Shown here: positions 62,095 to 64,000 of the stretch, one piece after another
Position numbering within the stretch: the stretch's first letter is position 1
How the letters are laid out: each line of letters begins with the position of its first letter
DNA from: a virus
Reading direction: 5' to 3' (one strand)
Virus record (IMG/VR): IMGVR_UViG_3300032180_000001
Location: 1-64,000 of that record
DNA length: 64,000 bases
Position numbers and translations under genes: made by a program
Notes under the pieces: model-generated
What the model saw: the letters and a program-made list of their open reading frames with translations, nothing else
What the model was told of the DNA's origin: nothing
Databases searched by the model: none

Positions 62095-62846
62095 GTCTTC
62101 ACCATCTTTCCGTAGTCCCGCATAACGTCATAGATCGCATGCTGCAAGTCCCAGACCTTGCCTTCCACCGGGCGGCCGGTCACGCCTGGCTCGAATGGCA
62201 TCTCCAGCGAGGCGTGATAATCCCGCAGCTTGAACGTGCCGTGCTCGACGGGGTGCATGTTCTCCTGGGGCGGGAACTCGAACCGCCGCGGAACGCCCAT
62301 CGCATCGGCGATGATCAGGCCGTGCAGCGAGCTGGTGACCAGCTTCCGGCAGGCGGAGATTTGCCGCATCACGATGAACGGTGAAGCCAGGGGGTTCATG
62401 ATCAGCGGATCATATTTCAGGAATTCCGGGCGCTGGGTCAGGTCGGGGTCGCTCCAGTGCGGCAGCAGCCCCAGCTCGTAGGCTTTCGGCATCGAGTCAA
62501 TCAGCTCGGGGGCGAGCAGCGCCGGGTCCCCGGTCACGGTAGCGTCGGTGCCGGCATGCTGAGCGGTCAGCGGGCCGCGTACCGCGAGGACATTAGCCGC
62601 GAGGGGGAAGTCGTCGGTTTCCTGCAGCAGCCCGGCGCCGAGAACCGTCCCGCGCCAGGGGACCGGCATGTGGCCGAGAACGGATCCGGTAACAATGACG
62701 TCGGCGTGATCGGGAAGTGACCAGACCGGGTTGACCCCGCTAAAATGCTGGAGCAACAGTGGAGTCAGTGCGTCACCCCAGTTGCTTGTGCCCCTCCACC
62801 AGTATGCACGAACCATCTGACCACCCGTCTGTTCGGCGTACCTCAT
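62091..62846 (-). CDS. polysaccharide pyruvyl transferase family protein (ExoV-like)
   Basis: NWGDAL, GSVL, AVRGPLT, GDPALL, TSSLHGLIIADAMGVP. Confidence 0.85.
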   Translation of the reverse strand: MRYAEQTGGQMVRAYWWRGTSNWGDALTPLLLQHFSGVNPVWSLPDHADVIVTGSVLGHMPVPWRGTVLGAGLLQETDDFPLAANVLAVRGPLTAQHAGTDATVTGDPALLAPELIDSMPKAYELGLLPHWSDPDLTQRPEFLKYDPLIMNPLASPFIVMRQISACRKLVTSSLHGLIIADAMGVPRRFEFPPQENMHPVEHGTFKLRDYHASLEMPFEPGVTGRPVEGKVWDLQHAIYDVMRDYGKMVKT

Positions 62847-62874
62847 ACCTTAACAGCGGCGACGGCTCGCTGTC

Positions 62875-63120
62875 TCATGGTGTCTTAACTACGTAGGCGT
62901 TCGCGCTCGCTCGCAGACCGCCGATCCCGGTCAGGCTGCCCGACGGGGGAAGCTCGTTGCGGCTGATGCCGATGCTCTCAGCGGTCTCACCACTAGTGAT
63001 CCCCCCGCCCACCGAGCCGTTGATGGTGTAAACGCCGTCAGGAGGCGCACCTGGACCTTCGGTCTGCGAGGAGACCTGGGCCTGGCCGCCCTGGACGACG
63101 ATGTGAATTGCGTAGGTCAT
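62875..63120 (-). CDS. small hypothetical protein
   Basis: ORF track. Confidence 0.45.
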   Translation of the reverse strand: MTYAIHIVVQGGQAQVSSQTEGPGAPPDGVYTINGSVGGGITSGETAESIGISRNELPPSGSLTGIGGLRASANAYVVKTP

Positions 63121-63205
63121 ACTGCCAGGGTACTCCGAGAGGAACGGCAAAGCGCCCGCTACCTGTGAGGCAACGGGCGCTTTTTACCCTGTGTTTTTTG
63201 CAGGG

Positions 63206-63565
63206 TCACGGACCGACGGAGAGCCGGTACTGCTCGACGACGTTGGCCGGGATCCGGCCGCGGGCCTTGATGCCGAGCTGCTGCTTCTGCGCCCACTCGC
63301 GAACCTTGGCGGTGTCGATGACGCCGCTGTCGCTGCCGCTGCCGTTGGCTGCCTTGCGGGCACTGCCGCGGATCGTCTTGCGGGCGGTTCCGGTCGCCTT
63401 GCGGGCGTGCTCGATGTACGGCGCGAGGGCCGCACGGAATTCCTTGGCGTGCGCGGCGTTCAGGTCGATCTCGTAGTCGGTGCCGTCGAGGCTGAAAGGA
63501 ACGGTGCCTTCCGCGTCCCCGCCGTCGAGGTCGTCAATAAATAGGGTGGTGATCCTCTGGGCCAT
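63206..63565 (-). CDS. lsr2: Lsr2-family nucleoid-associated protein
   Basis: MAQRITTLFIDDLDGG...FSLDGTDYEIDL...VREWA...ARGRIP. Confidence 0.95.
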   Translation of the reverse strand: MAQRITTLFIDDLDGGDAEGTVPFSLDGTDYEIDLNAAHAKEFRAALAPYIEHARKATGTARKTIRGSARKAANGSGSDSGVIDTAKVREWAQKQQLGIKARGRIPANVVEQYRLSVGP

Positions 63566-63667
63566 CGAAGTTCTCCTGATAACTGGCTGATGAGTGACTG
63601 AGATTGAAGCATATGACATCAGGAACAAGAAAGCAAAGAGCGGGAACCGGTATCCGTTTTGCGAGGA

Positions 63668-64000
63668 TCATGCCCGCCGAGTGACGGTTCCCGGACAGCC
63701 AGGTCCGTTATCGTACGCTGCCTGGGGTCGGTACAAGGGACACCAGAGACATTCAGTGGCATCCGGGGTAGCAGCGACCTGGTTGATAGTCAGGTACCCG
63801 TCTCGTATCATCTGTGCAGCAGCCTGCCGGGCAGCCATTTGGTCCAGGACTTCCGCGATCAAAATTTCATCTGCGGGAGTGCAGACATGTTCCCAGACGT
63901 ACATCCCGTCTAGCGTCGAGGCAGTTCGAGGCCACGCAGCAAGGACTACTCGCGTCACCGGTAGCCCGGCTGCACGCACGCCTGCTGCGTAGAGCAGAAG
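63668..64000 (-). CDS. C-terminal part of a PD-(D/E)XK (Cas4-like) phage exonuclease, partial
   Basis: LLLYAAG...VVLAAWPR...ECLWCPLY; open to window end. Confidence 0.65.
   Translation of the reverse strand, partial: LLLYAAGVRAAGLPVTRVVLAAWPRTASTLDGMYVWEHVCTPADEILIAEVLDQMAARQAAAQMIRDGYLTINQVAATPDATECLWCPLYRPQAAYDNGPGCPGTVTRRA

Noticed and set aside
63668-64000. Cas4-like gene as CRISPR adaptation evidence
   Set aside because: Stand-alone PD-(D/E)XK exonucleases are routine in actinophage replication modules; only the C-terminus is visible
1-64000. tRNA, rRNA, integrase or virion structural genes
   Set aside because: None recognised by eye; absence is not proven without tRNAscan or HMM searches

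Overview
This window looks like part of a large, GC-rich actinobacterial phage or prophage genome. No capsid, tail or integrase gene is visible here, so the phage call rests on PolA, primase-helicase, SNF2 helicase, endolysin, ThyX and many HNH genes; SsgA, WhiB and Lsr2 point to a sporulating actinomycete host. Bases 1-34,050 and 61,243-64,000 are a mostly minus-strand lysis/replication arm crowded with homing endonucleases and small genes. Bases 34,291-61,216 are a plus-strand accessory block with PstS, WhiB, SsgA, about 20 membrane or secreted proteins, and a polysaccharide synthesis/remodelling cluster. The strongest signal is at 58.8-61.2 kb: 15 stem-loop units, each with an exact CCA-N9-CG..AGCCA-N9-CGG architecture and unique 9-nt variable segments, split into three sub-arrays around an unknown gene and a nuclease-less IS110/Nop-like gene. 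This resembles a TIGR-Tas-type RNA-guided system. Other highlights: at least 16 otherwise diverse small proteins share a C-terminal L-x-V-V-P-W-x-P tag; several homing-endonuclease insertions are flanked by diverged duplicates of gene ends; a stand-alone ClpC N-domain is fused to a phage domain; PolA carries a class-3-type intein and unusual motif A/B residues; a G-quadruplex/iteron-rich intergenic region may be an origin; and a twice-occurring intergenic hairpin shows compensatory base changes. All family calls are by motif recognition only; no database searches were run.
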